A DNA stretch of 63,255 nt, filler included, from an uncultured bacterium (GCA_964543115.1; 5 parts of 5 records of this genome joined end to end with filler, not necessarily neighbours in it), one strand, 5' to 3'. Positions 7,901 to 17,324 are shown, numbered from the whole stretch's first letter. Made by a program: numbers and translations. Notes: generated by a model not told the origin, from the sequence alone.

Positions 7901-10900
7901 TAAGCAAAAGTTTTTAAAATTGTTAGGGAACGATCCTGAGACATCTGAATATTGGGCAGAGGTGTCCGGTTCTATGGAAGAAGCTAAAAAATTTCATGAA
8001 GAATGGGGCCCGCGCGCAGAGGGAGATATAGCATTTAGCTTTAATGGGGTACGTTACGTAATGGATATTAACACACTGCGAAAAGTGCAGGCATGGTCCC
8101 GCTACAGTAAATATGAAGTAGGGGGTGATTTTAAGGCCTGCTATAAAGATGGTTCCTGGCGCATAGCTGATTTTATTCCCCGCGGCAAATTGTCGTATTG
8201 GGACGGAAGTTTTGCTGTGCAGGGTTTAAAGGTGTTGAGCCGTAACATTGCTGACATTAAAGAAGCGGCGAAAGAATTAGGTTTATATAGCGAGGAAGAT
8301 GTTATTCCGAGAGAGAAAGGGTATCGTTATTTGGATCTTCATACTCATATAGAAAGTACCAACTATCCATTGTGCCCGTCTCAAATTGATATGGTTTATG
8401 CGGGAAATATAAAAGAAGTATGTTTTGTCTATTCGTTGGCGGCCAAAAGCCTTATTGCCTATGATGGAAAAGGCAGCAAGGTTGTCTTTACAATACCCCG
8501 GGACGATGAAAATGGTTCCGGGGAACCGGCGGGGATAGTGAAGGCGCCCGGGGCGGAGGCCTTGGATGAAGATGCAGAAAACGGTAACCAGAGAACCGGT
8601 CCCGAGCATTTGCAGGGCATAAAAGTGGCGTTAGGAAGCCGGTGGCGCGGGGCGTTGGGCAAGGCTGAGGTTGGTTTGATGGAAAGAGATGTGGAGGGGG
8701 TAGAATGGATAGGAGAGTTAGAGGCGCTTGCGGCCCGGAAGATTGCGGATTGGACCAGGGAAACGGGCAGGGAAGTGAACGTAAAAATGCCCGATAGAAC
8801 TAAACGTGCATTAATTATTGCCCAAGCTGATTTAGATTATATGGCAAGTAAAGGAGTATCTGAGGAACGTTTGCAGATTTTACTGCAGGGAGCCTTGCTT
8901 GTTGATGCCCAGGTAAATGGCACGGATTATTCCCGGCTGCGGGATGGAACGGTATTTTCGCTTTTGGATAGCTCAATGCATGTGGGTGAAAACTGCCGGG
9001 CAGATGGCTTTATTGGTATAAACAAAATAGTTTTTGATTTGCCGCTGGATCTGAGGGATACTTTATTCGTGCTGACCTTTGTGCATGAAGCAAGACATGA
9101 AGCAGGTGAAGTCAGGGGCCTGGCCAATGATTACCTTTGGCGGGATGCTGCTTTTTTAACGGAGCTGTGTGATGATCATATAATTAATCAGTTGTTAAAC
9201 GAAGATCTGGATATTGAAATTGCCGGAGAGAATCGAGAAGCGATTGAGAATCTGGTTGTTGCTGTAGAGGAAATTATTCAAGTATTTCAGCGGGCGGGGC
9301 TTTCCGTTAGCCGGAGGGAGATTAAAAAGGCACTGCTCAGTAATGAAGGGGTGCCGGCGGATATTGCTCAGGACCTAAGGAGCGTTATCATTACGCTGCA
9401 GACAAAGATTCCTAATGATATGACTATTGCCGGCATTGTTATGCATCTGGGCGGTATTTGGTCTGAACATTTAGCCGGGTTGATGGACTACCGAGGTATT
9501 GTTGTTTTAATCAGGTTACTAAAAGCAGCAACTGATTATTCAACTGACGAAGTGCCGGTGCCGGACAAAGGCGGTAAAAATGCCTCAAGTACAGTTGTTG
9601 AAGAAGAGCGTTTGCGTGCACAAATGGCCAGGGCATTTAGTAATGGACATGCTATTGCCTTTAGCGGCAGGAACATTGTCAGCATATTAAGTAATTTGGA
9701 TACCATTATTGAACTTGGTATGTCGGCTGGCTTTCTGGTGAATAACCTTTTGACTAGCGGGATCCAGGAAATAGCGGGAGGGGAGAAACAGCGGGCAAGG
9801 GAATATCTAGGAGCATACTTTGCCGACAAGCAAAATATTGTATTTTTCAGGGAACGGATCAGAATGCTATTGAGCAGAATCAATTCCGCGGGGGAACAAA
9901 AGGATTCCATTTTGCGCAGAAGGATGGTTATTTTTATTGAAGATCCGGAGTTGTTCTTGAGCGGTGTTGTTCTTGGCCATGCGGGTACAGCGGGAAGTGA
10001 TATCTCTGGAGAAATACCATCAATCTATTTTCATTTGGGCCAGATTGAAAATACCGCTGATTTCCAGCATTTACTGCAGCATGAGGATTGGCACCTTTCC
10101 GGCGGTTTGAATCCCGGGGCGGTTGATATTAACGGACATCCCTATCAGAATGAACATGAAAGAGATGCTGTCTGCGCACTTCTTTCGCGTCAGCAACCTG
10201 TTTCTTTGCCGTATTTCCAAGAAGTTGATTTTGATGTGGTAATTGATCCGGGAGCCTGCGCTAATGCCTCTCTTCTGCAGGAAAAAGTGAATCGCGCGGT
10301 GAATAGTCTATTTGCGGGAGTGGTGCCGAGAGTTGCACCTGACAGGGCAATGCTTGAAAATTGTGCTCGGGCGCATTGCGGAAACGTCTTTCAATCAGGT
10401 TTTACAGTGCCCCAGTCATTAGCGCAGTTTGATTCATTATATAGACAGTTACAGCAGCATCCGTATTTTTATGATTATGATTATTTCCCCGTTGTTGTGA
10501 TTGGCGTGGATCCGTCATTGCAAAGTGAGTACGTCATGCCGGCCCCTGAAGTAGGTTATCCGGAAGGCATTGCCCCGGCGGTGGCCAGTGTTCGTATAGA
10601 CCACATGGACCGGGCCATCTATATTGATTTTCCCACAGCTGATTACGCGGATCAATTAACCTACCGCGAGCTGGTATTTTTGCTTCTATATTCCTTTATG
10701 TTTTTCGAAGAAGCGCAATCACTGCCCAGCTTGAATCCAGCAACGATTGTTGAGCCCGGTATTCTGATGTTAGTTAATCAATGTATTGATGCTGGTTCTC
10801 TTTTGTATCAACAGCAGTTCAGTGATTCTGTGCGCGGGCAGATTATCGATAATATTTCCATAATATCTGAGGGAACGGTTAATTCCACTGAGGCGACAGC

Positions 10901-12347
10901 GGAAAAGCAAGCGGTGCGAGATGCTCTGCGTGAGCTGTTGAACCCGCCGGCTGGCTGGTCCTGGCCGCTCTATTTTCGCAATATCCTTTCTGTACTGCTT
11001 GGCTGGAACCATCCGGATCAAAAGCTAAAGATTATTATCGCTGATAAGCCCAAAGCGGGATATCCGGGTGATGATACTAATCCTTACGGCAAATATGATG
11101 CGACCAGTAATACTGTGTGCCTGTTCCGTCATCAATTTGAAGATTATGAGAACGGAAAAAGGGTGAGTGCGGCAAATTTATTTACCGGCCAATATATGGC
11201 TTCTGTCCTGTTGGAAGAATTGTTGCACGGCGCCGTTTGTCCGCTGGATACGCTTCTTTTCTTGCGTGCCGGGCACTTTAGCGGTTACAAGACCGAAAAT
11301 TTGTTGCGTGGATTTGACTGGGAAAACTTTACTAAATCAATGGCAGAAAATGTTGGCAGCTCAGACAGAGAAACGAGGAGATATATGATTGTAAGAGAAA
11401 TCTTGAAGGCCGCAGATCAAGTTCATTATTATCTGCAGCGCGAACAGGTACAGGAACTTATGGGCAGCCGTTTTGTGCCGCCTGGCCAAGAACAGCAAGT
11501 GGATACGGTTGGAGCGGATTCCGGCATTGAGCATGAAGTGATAATTAACTTAAGAGTTGACTGGCGTTATCGAAAGTTACGGCAAAGCGGTATGGATCAT
11601 AAAAAAGCGCTCAGTTACGCTAATGTCGTAAACAGAACCCGGCTTGGTTGTCATAGCGGCATAGACATTGTTCCACAAACATTATTAGGCAGGATCGGCA
11701 ATGAAATAGTAACGGCAGAAATTCAATTGCGCCAGGATGAGCAGGCTGAGGATACGTATTATTTATATACAAATTATCAAAACCAATTCTGGCGCGTCGG
11801 CCGGTGTCTGATGCAGATTGAAGGAAATAGTGTTAGCTACATATTTCATTTTGACAGGCAATTTAGTTATTTCAGGTTATCAACTGATGTATTAACCACA
11901 GTTGTGAATTGCCTGCGGCGGTATCATGAAGCGGTACAGCCTCGCAATGTAACTGTGCATATACAAGATGTTCCCGCAGAGGGTAGACCATTTGTGGTTG
12001 TTCATCATGATCGAGATAGGATTAGAAAGGTTCCCGTTCAGCCAATTCTCTCAGGAATTGCGGACTTAGAAGATGCGCCAGCGTCTAAAAATGATTTCTG
12101 TGGTTTTGAGCTTGATTCTGATGAGGGTGAATCCGTATGGGTTAGGGTTGACCCGGATAAAGGTATTGAATACGGCATTATGGCAAGAGTGGGTACTGCC
12201 GGCCAAAGAGAATTCATTGTTGCAGATTCAGAAACGCAGGCAATGATGGAGGAAGAGTTTGGTGATGAAATATTTGAATTACCAGAGGCACGAAGGTTTT
12301 TTAGGGAGCAGCAAAGGCAGCAAAGACGCATTCGCCAGGCAGTATAA
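4980..12347 (+). CDS. Giant (2455 aa) secreted multidomain protein with kinase-like, JAB/MPN-like and zincin-like motifs
   Basis: Signal peptide; GAGAGGA RBS. Motifs: IAKGSNKDV/FTEEFIEG/DDHNLRN/IVDIG (aa ~554-737); YEVGG...HTH-x10-SQID (aa ~1045-1137); HEARH (1369); HEDWH (1701); EELLH (2079). Confidence 0.9.
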   Translation: MKSFCRVISIFISLVLIFNSFVLGKNQLLAGTINLSPESPWNRPEFSAFLLKVASAIQEMKSAAVESNGVRASGLASLRTILADMLPASVSGNDLSLLYDDQSKSALLYSSSTADPGSVYCFWLAEDSGDPFAGISAAARSEIGGLIIEEYSRTEEINSRLTGIIGSGATVVNPQMLAVILGRLGDLQYLEEMILQSERSGNIALARFFADILLLLEDEDPNGVRVVLGVLTERIADFKLKEYLKYNLIMNSYKNFTEIELFNSVYNEEELLFLLDFMSGKIRQSSGDPKTLCEITKDAFVLLRNSNTPEDAIRLVSAKLFGFYNDYFHQMPEDAAEAIYDVLMQLKELSRSAQSYFLKALVGYYGGEEHDGFRDFVFDFVRKRNIDFLSLEYQDYFCNDLISLLRSIREQETDDFDASINVGLAKSLIILLREFRFKKGAFKKLRRELVSFHKYSSCAELRDLALDSLMVISANLVKSSENEPSKSELLQKVSFGREYSDRDVQVEEEIDLFVLEPLILNLILTTNIIQDSILLIQGEKLRLDEIDAIEVSYIAKGSNKDVHRIIVKKGEMEYMFVLNRLMQPELELLLEEVCALYEGDYHYPRRKRLYSLPGVMSCEKAFPSQGSFYQDANGTCAFTEEFIEGEEFSRVWYPTDSEREAGTGAYKIRSGHLQRLADESKEEYAKRIKRIMKKTVEVIIHSYVSVGKKFIIDDHNLRNYLISDSEESGRAMIVDIGSHSSVSDNLDVYRIIMGTLMDDVNALAENTYPDITGNIIDYQDVYEAMIQASDFEAVMILVDAFTEKHYHSKWNRVKDTGEEQALEEFLRSIDKDILLSLYIKGYSQNQGEQLFFSSWSVEDYYDFSSLLKWKFSLLCQVDDADIFNQLLRIDHGRGAEVLVKLRNEISSAGSIDEEDRALLSSIDSYFGQISRDDIERIFSKDKIDEYRAQRVGREAFEEEKALQLQVEATVSRCDKQKFLKLLGNDPETSEYWAEVSGSMEEAKKFHEEWGPRAEGDIAFSFNGVRYVMDINTLRKVQAWSRYSKYEVGGDFKACYKDGSWRIADFIPRGKLSYWDGSFAVQGLKVLSRNIADIKEAAKELGLYSEEDVIPREKGYRYLDLHTHIESTNYPLCPSQIDMVYAGNIKEVCFVYSLAAKSLIAYDGKGSKVVFTIPRDDENGSGEPAGIVKAPGAEALDEDAENGNQRTGPEHLQGIKVALGSRWRGALGKAEVGLMERDVEGVEWIGELEALAARKIADWTRETGREVNVKMPDRTKRALIIAQADLDYMASKGVSEERLQILLQGALLVDAQVNGTDYSRLRDGTVFSLLDSSMHVGENCRADGFIGINKIVFDLPLDLRDTLFVLTFVHEARHEAGEVRGLANDYLWRDAAFLTELCDDHIINQLLNEDLDIEIAGENREAIENLVVAVEEIIQVFQRAGLSVSRREIKKALLSNEGVPADIAQDLRSVIITLQTKIPNDMTIAGIVMHLGGIWSEHLAGLMDYRGIVVLIRLLKAATDYSTDEVPVPDKGGKNASSTVVEEERLRAQMARAFSNGHAIAFSGRNIVSILSNLDTIIELGMSAGFLVNNLLTSGIQEIAGGEKQRAREYLGAYFADKQNIVFFRERIRMLLSRINSAGEQKDSILRRRMVIFIEDPELFLSGVVLGHAGTAGSDISGEIPSIYFHLGQIENTADFQHLLQHEDWHLSGGLNPGAVDINGHPYQNEHERDAVCALLSRQQPVSLPYFQEVDFDVVIDPGACANASLLQEKVNRAVNSLFAGVVPRVAPDRAMLENCARAHCGNVFQSGFTVPQSLAQFDSLYRQLQQHPYFYDYDYFPVVVIGVDPSLQSEYVMPAPEVGYPEGIAPAVASVRIDHMDRAIYIDFPTADYADQLTYRELVFLLLYSFMFFEEAQSLPSLNPATIVEPGILMLVNQCIDAGSLLYQQQFSDSVRGQIIDNISIISEGTVNSTEATAEKQAVRDALRELLNPPAGWSWPLYFRNILSVLLGWNHPDQKLKIIIADKPKAGYPGDDTNPYGKYDATSNTVCLFRHQFEDYENGKRVSAANLFTGQYMASVLLEELLHGAVCPLDTLLFLRAGHFSGYKTENLLRGFDWENFTKSMAENVGSSDRETRRYMIVREILKAADQVHYYLQREQVQELMGSRFVPPGQEQQVDTVGADSGIEHEVIINLRVDWRYRKLRQSGMDHKKALSYANVVNRTRLGCHSGIDIVPQTLLGRIGNEIVTAEIQLRQDEQAEDTYYLYTNYQNQFWRVGRCLMQIEGNSVSYIFHFDRQFSYFRLSTDVLTTVVNCLRRYHEAVQPRNVTVHIQDVPAEGRPFVVVHHDRDRIRKVPVQPILSGIADLEDAPASKNDFCGFELDSDEGESVWVRVDPDKGIEYGIMARVGTAGQREFIVADSETQAMMEEEFGDEIFELPEARRFFREQQRQQRRIRQAV

Positions 12348-12362
12348 ACTGGGGATATTGAA

Positions 12363-12753
12363 ATGAAGTTAATTAATAAAATCGTTACGGTTTTTATGTC
12401 CTTTATCCTTACCGTTAATGGCATTGTTTATGCCTCTCCGGTTAAGAGTGCCTTAAGCAAATCCAGCTCTCTGCAGGAGCAGGGATTCAAAAAAGTGATT
12501 AGCAATTCCGCTAGAAGATGCAGACAGCCGGGTGACGTTAAAAGAATATTACAAGCAGCAAAAATAGGAATCAGTAGTCAGGATGGTGAAAGGTGTCTGG
12601 TTCCTCCATCAGATGAATTAGACAAAGCCGTAGTTGATTTCTATCGGGCAATGACCGGGCTGTGCGCGGCGGCGGATAAAAAGGATGAACGGGCCTTTAA
12701 TCGGATACGCGCTAAGATGATCGGACTGCTGGCCGGAGTGCGTAGGGCCTATG
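12363..12753 (+). CDS. Second signal-peptide protein, 3' truncated by the contig end
   Basis: MKLINKIVTVFMSFILTVNGIVYA signal peptide; starts 15 nt after the giant gene stop. Confidence 0.75.
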
Positions 12754-12853
12754 NNNNNNNNNNNNNNNNNNNNNNNNNNNNNNNNNNNNNNNNNNNNTTA
12801 ATTAATTAANNNNNNNNNNNNNNNNNNNNNNNNNNNNNNNNNNNNNNNNNNNN
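12754..12853. other. Artificial contig linker
   Basis: N44-TTAATTAATTAA-N44, stops in all six frames. Confidence 0.98.
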
Positions 12854-13137
12854 TCTGCTTCCAGGGGAGTGATGTAAAGGATGCCTTTGCCCAGCCGTTT
12901 AATTTTCTTGTAGGAAAGAGAGCCGCCGATGGCGAAGGCAATTAGCGCTAGGGCGATATTGGTAACCGGGGTGGTCTTGTTAACAAAATCATGGGAAATA
13001 AAATGGGTTATGTCCGGATCCAGAAAGACACCCGCCAAAATATAGCCGGTCACCTTGGGTAGCTTCACTTTGGTGGCCAGTTCCCCAAATATAAAACCAA
13101 CAAAAACAATAATACCAACCGTTAATACAGCTTCCAT
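12854..13137 (-). CDS. Cation:proton antiporter (CPA2-like), N-terminal fragment cut by the contig edge
   Basis: KLPKVTGYILAGVFLDP...ALALIAFAIGGSL hydrophobic segments. Confidence 0.85.
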
Positions 13138-13255
13138 AATATTTCCCCTTNNNNNNNNNNNNNNNNNNNNNNNNNNNNGTGTCCGCCCGTCATTCAATGT
13201 GTTATTTTGATCTGTTAATTTTTCCGGGACGACACGGAGGTCATCCCCTACTGTT

Positions 13256-14161
13256 TTAAAGGATTCCTTTGACTCCCAGGTTTCGATAAACCGCCAAATG
13301 GTCCTGCATTTGGATGAGCGGCCTCTTTTGCCGCCAGAATCTTTTATAGACAAATTCAGTTATTTCTTCCCGCTGCCGCAGGGAGTATTTATGTACATTA
13401 GGGTAAAGCATGATCATCCAGATTACGGCCATCAGTTTCTCAAAGTCAGCTACTTCAAAATAAACGCGGCTGGTTTTAGTGAAGATTTGCGATTTATAGT
13501 AAAGGCGGTTTTGCTGAAGTTCCTGTTTGAATTGTAAGAGATTTTGATTGTTATGCCTGCCGAAATATTTTCCGGCAAAGTGGTTATAGAGCCAGGTTGT
13601 GCTGTAGGGATCAGTACTGGTCGCGGACATGAGTACGGCATGAATAGCGCCTTTAGCGGCCAGGATTTGTTTATAAAGATTGCTGAAGATGCTATGCCAG
13701 GTTGTTTCTGAGCAGTAATAAAGTGAATGATGTAAGGTAATCAAATCCATCTTGCTGCCTCTAAGCCTGTTTTTCAGGAATTTTTCAGCACAGCCGGAGT
13801 CAAAAAGGCATTTGGTATAATCGCCGAGGATGGTATAAACATGTTTGGTGCGTTGGCGTTGAATGCGTTCTTTAACGATAGCCAGAGAATGACGGTCGAT
13901 ATCCAGCAGGTAGAGGCCGCCGCGGAAGGCGGTTTCTAGGATACGGAATTGTGGTTCTGCACTTGAGCCAACAGAGAAGGCCTTAAGCTGCCGGGTTAAA
14001 GGCAGGGCCTTAGTCAGGCTGCGAATTACGGTGGCCAGATTTTCACCAATATCTACTTTGCCATTGCTGTAACGTGACCAGATTTTATCTTCCCGGTAGA
14101 TGTTAGAATCAGCGGCCCGGAGCCCGATTTCTATCAAATTTTTATTAATGCTGGTTTTCAT
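13256..14161 (-). CDS. Class I SAM-dependent methyltransferase-like protein
   Basis: FSVGSS (degenerate motif I), LLDID, ILGD, DLITLHHSLYY. Confidence 0.6.
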   Translation of the reverse strand: MKTSINKNLIEIGLRAADSNIYREDKIWSRYSNGKVDIGENLATVIRSLTKALPLTRQLKAFSVGSSAEPQFRILETAFRGGLYLLDIDRHSLAIVKERIQRQRTKHVYTILGDYTKCLFDSGCAEKFLKNRLRGSKMDLITLHHSLYYCSETTWHSIFSNLYKQILAAKGAIHAVLMSATSTDPYSTTWLYNHFAGKYFGRHNNQNLLQFKQELQQNRLYYKSQIFTKTSRVYFEVADFEKLMAVIWMIMLYPNVHKYSLRQREEITEFVYKRFWRQKRPLIQMQDHLAVYRNLGVKGIL

Positions 14162-14167
14162 CTGTTT

Positions 14168-17100
14168 TTAATTGTTTTTCTCCGGCTCTGGCATTTTTCC
14201 GCGGGCGGCGTCCGAGCGGGTGAGTTCGAAGCGGTCGAGGAAATTTTCCTGCAGGTCCTGCATGTAAAGGAAGATACCCGGAGTGATAAAGAGGGTAACT
14301 ACCTGGGCGAAGGCCAGGCCGCCGACAATAACCAGGCCCAGCGGCTGACGGGCGGTGCCGTCGGCGCCAAAGGCCAAGGCGATGGGCATGGCGCCCATAA
14401 TAGTGGAGGCGCCGGTCATCAAAATAGGACGAAATCTTATTCGGCAGGCGTTATAGATGGCGTCAAAACCATTCATGTTTTCTTCTTCCATATTCTGTTT
14501 AGCAAAATCAACCATCATGATTCCGTTTTTGGAGACGATGCCTAGAAGCATAAACATGCCGATATAGGCATAGAGTGAAAGTTCCGAACCGCAGAGGTAA
14601 AGGATCAATAAACCGCCAAAGGCGGCCGGCGGCAGTGTGGTCAATACGGTAAACGGGTGAATATAGCTTTCATATAAGATGCCCAGGACAACGTACATGA
14701 TGAAGATGGCAATGATCATTAAGACCCCGAGGCTTTTAAGCGCGTCTTCAAATTCCTGTGCCTCTCCCTGCATTACTCCCATGACCTCTGGCGGCAGGAT
14801 CTCGGTGCAGAACTTATTCAGGGCGTTGGTGGCATTGCCCAGCGGTACGCCGGCGGCCAGATTATAAGATAAGGTGGCGGCGTTGAGCTGGTTGTGATGA
14901 GGTACGTTCTGCGGGCCGACGTCCTCTGTCCATTCAGCGATTGAGCTGAGTGGGACAAGATTACCTGTGCCGCTGGAACGAACATAAAGCCGTGAAAGAT
15001 CCTGAGGCTTTTTCCTGTCTTCATCAATTGCCTCCAGGATTACCCAGTACTGGTCAATGTCCGTGAGGTAAGTGGCGGTTTTACCTTTCGCGTAGGAAAG
15101 CAGCAGCGTGTTTTCGATATCCTCTGCCGTGATTCCCAGCGCGGAGGCCCGGTCCCGGAATAGCCTAACGTCTAACTGCGGCAGGTCAAGTTTAACACTG
15201 CTCTGGATGCCGCTAAAGTATTTTGATTGCTGCATTTTTTGCTGCAGCTTCGCCGCGCTCTCATATACCTCGTCCTTTTCCTGTCCGGTAAGTACATATG
15301 AATACTGACTGCCGATCGCGGTACTTTCCGCACCGGCGCTTAACAATAGTGAGGGTTTGGCCATCAGGTAGACCATTCCTAAGTCCCCTATTTCAGTAAG
15401 GGAATAATTTATTTCTTCAACTACTTTTTCAATCGGTTTACGTTTATCTTCCGGAATTAATGTGGCTACCACAATACCGGTACTCTGATCCGCTCCGGTA
15501 TTGTTTCCGGTGACCGTGAGTATGTTATCCACGGCGGGATTGGCGGTGATAATCTCATTTATCTTATTCTGAAAATGCTGTATTTGCTCTGTTGAGGTAC
15601 CCATCGGCGCTTGCATTTGCCCGTAAAATAGTCCGCTGTCGCCGGTGGGCATGAATGTTTTTGGCAGTTGGTAGCCAAAAAAGCCGATGCCGATGAGACA
15701 ACCGATCCAGCCCAGCAGGGCGGTATAGCGGTGCCGGAGCACCCAGTGCAGCAGGGCGGAGTATTTTTTGATTATGGTGCCGACGAATTTATCGGTGAAT
15801 TTTTCCAGTCTTGTTTTAACGGCCTTGCCGCCTTTCAGCATTCGGGCGCACATCATCGGGGTCAGTGTGAGGGCGGCAATGGTGGAGCAGATAATGGCAA
15901 AAATAACGGTGAGGGCAAATTCTTTGAAGTTACGGCCCACCACACCGCCCATAAAGACCAGTGGGATGAAAACGGTTACCAGGGCGATACTGGTGGAAAT
16001 GACGGTGCCGGTAATTTCGCGCATGCTGATAACCGCGGCTGCAAAAGGACGTTTTCCCTCCTGGATATGCCGCACCGTGTTTTCCAGAACCACAATGGCG
16101 TCATCAACCAGAAAACCAATGGACAGGGTAAGCGCCATTAATGAGAGGTTATCAAGACTAAAATTCGCTGCCAGCATTACCAAAAAAGTGCCGAACAGTG
16201 TTGCCGGCAGAACCATGGCGGGGATCAGGGTGTCGGAGACACGGCCCAGAAAGAGGAAGATGATCATTACCACCAGAAAAAGGGCGATGAGGATGGTGGT
16301 TTTTACGTCATTGACAGAAGCCTTTATCTGGATTGCCTGGTCATAGAATACCCGTATATCTAAGGAACCGGGCAGAGTGGGCTCGATCCGTTCCAGCAGG
16401 TCCCTGACCGCTTGTGACAGGGCCACTGTGTTGGCGCCGGAAGAACGGGTGGCGGCAATGCAGACCGCTCCGGCTTGTACTCCCCTTTTTTTATCGCCGT
16501 ACATACAGTTGATGACATCACTTTGGATGCTGTCAATAGATTTGCCGAGGTCTTTAATGCGTACAGGGGCATTGTTTCTGTAGGCAATAATCAGTTCATC
16601 GTAATCTTGGGCAGTTGTCAGCTGTCCTTTTGGTTCAATAGAAAAAGTGCGGAATTTTCCGTTTAAATCGCCGCCGGGTATGGTTACCGTGCCGGCATTC
16701 AGGGCCTGAGATACTTCATCGAAGCCAATGCCGTAAGCGGCAAGCTTATCTGGATCAACCATCACCCGGATGGCCCGTTTGGCGCCGTAGATGTCAACTT
16801 TAGAAATTCCCTCAATCATGTTGATTCGTTGGCCGATAGTTTTGTGTGCGTAATCGTAAAGGTCACCGCCGGTCATGGTTTCCGATAAAAGCATCAGGTA
16901 AATGATGGGTTGATCGGACGGATTGTTCTTGTCATAGGTAGGCGGTTGGGGAAGGTCACCGGGCAGATTGCTCTGTGCGCGGGAAATAGCTGCCTGTACA
17001 TCCGGAGCGGCCAGATCAACACTTCTATCAAGTTCAAAACTCAGGGTGATTGCTGTTGAGCCGGGTGTGTTGTCGGAGATAATGGTTTGCAGTCCCGGGA

Positions 17101-17320
17101 TCTGCATACATTCATCTTCCAGCGGTGAGGCGCAGGCCGAGGCCATCATGGAAGGGGTAGCGCCGGGATAACTTACGTTGATTACGATTACCGGATAATC
17201 TACTGAGGGCAGGTCGCTGATCGGAAGCCTGGTGTAGGCGGCAATACCGAACAGGGTTGCGGAAACAACCACCAGTACGGTCATGATGGGACGTTTAATA
17301 AATATTTCTGAAATTGACAT
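14168..17320 (-). CDS. RND efflux permease (AcrB/MdtB-like)
   Basis: MSISEIFIKRP start; IGFLVDDAIVVLEN, GIVSKNGIMMVDFA and RFRPILMT motifs. Confidence 0.95.
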   Translation of the reverse strand: MSISEIFIKRPIMTVLVVVSATLFGIAAYTRLPISDLPSVDYPVIVINVSYPGATPSMMASACASPLEDECMQIPGLQTIISDNTPGSTAITLSFELDRSVDLAAPDVQAAISRAQSNLPGDLPQPPTYDKNNPSDQPIIYLMLLSETMTGGDLYDYAHKTIGQRINMIEGISKVDIYGAKRAIRVMVDPDKLAAYGIGFDEVSQALNAGTVTIPGGDLNGKFRTFSIEPKGQLTTAQDYDELIIAYRNNAPVRIKDLGKSIDSIQSDVINCMYGDKKRGVQAGAVCIAATRSSGANTVALSQAVRDLLERIEPTLPGSLDIRVFYDQAIQIKASVNDVKTTILIALFLVVMIIFLFLGRVSDTLIPAMVLPATLFGTFLVMLAANFSLDNLSLMALTLSIGFLVDDAIVVLENTVRHIQEGKRPFAAAVISMREITGTVISTSIALVTVFIPLVFMGGVVGRNFKEFALTVIFAIICSTIAALTLTPMMCARMLKGGKAVKTRLEKFTDKFVGTIIKKYSALLHWVLRHRYTALLGWIGCLIGIGFFGYQLPKTFMPTGDSGLFYGQMQAPMGTSTEQIQHFQNKINEIITANPAVDNILTVTGNNTGADQSTGIVVATLIPEDKRKPIEKVVEEINYSLTEIGDLGMVYLMAKPSLLLSAGAESTAIGSQYSYVLTGQEKDEVYESAAKLQQKMQQSKYFSGIQSSVKLDLPQLDVRLFRDRASALGITAEDIENTLLLSYAKGKTATYLTDIDQYWVILEAIDEDRKKPQDLSRLYVRSSGTGNLVPLSSIAEWTEDVGPQNVPHHNQLNAATLSYNLAAGVPLGNATNALNKFCTEILPPEVMGVMQGEAQEFEDALKSLGVLMIIAIFIMYVVLGILYESYIHPFTVLTTLPPAAFGGLLILYLCGSELSLYAYIGMFMLLGIVSKNGIMMVDFAKQNMEEENMNGFDAIYNACRIRFRPILMTGASTIMGAMPIALAFGADGTARQPLGLVIVGGLAFAQVVTLFITPGIFLYMQDLQENFLDRFELTRSDAARGKMPEPEKNN

Positions 17321-17324
17321 ATTT

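Noticed and set aside
12754..12853. TTAATTAATTAA palindrome as a biological site (also at 25531, 38261, 50815)
   Set aside because: Identical 12-mer centred in 100-bp N blocks; an artificial six-frame-stop linker.
12802..13353. 183-aa ORF in the track
   Set aside because: Spans two N gaps; only 12854-13137 has a recognisable antiporter sequence.
15668..16346. Long antisense ORFs over the RND gene (likewise 21456-21962, 30642-31271, 42365-42916, 54789-55187, 60817-61377)
   Set aside because: Shadow frames of well-supported genes on the opposite strand.
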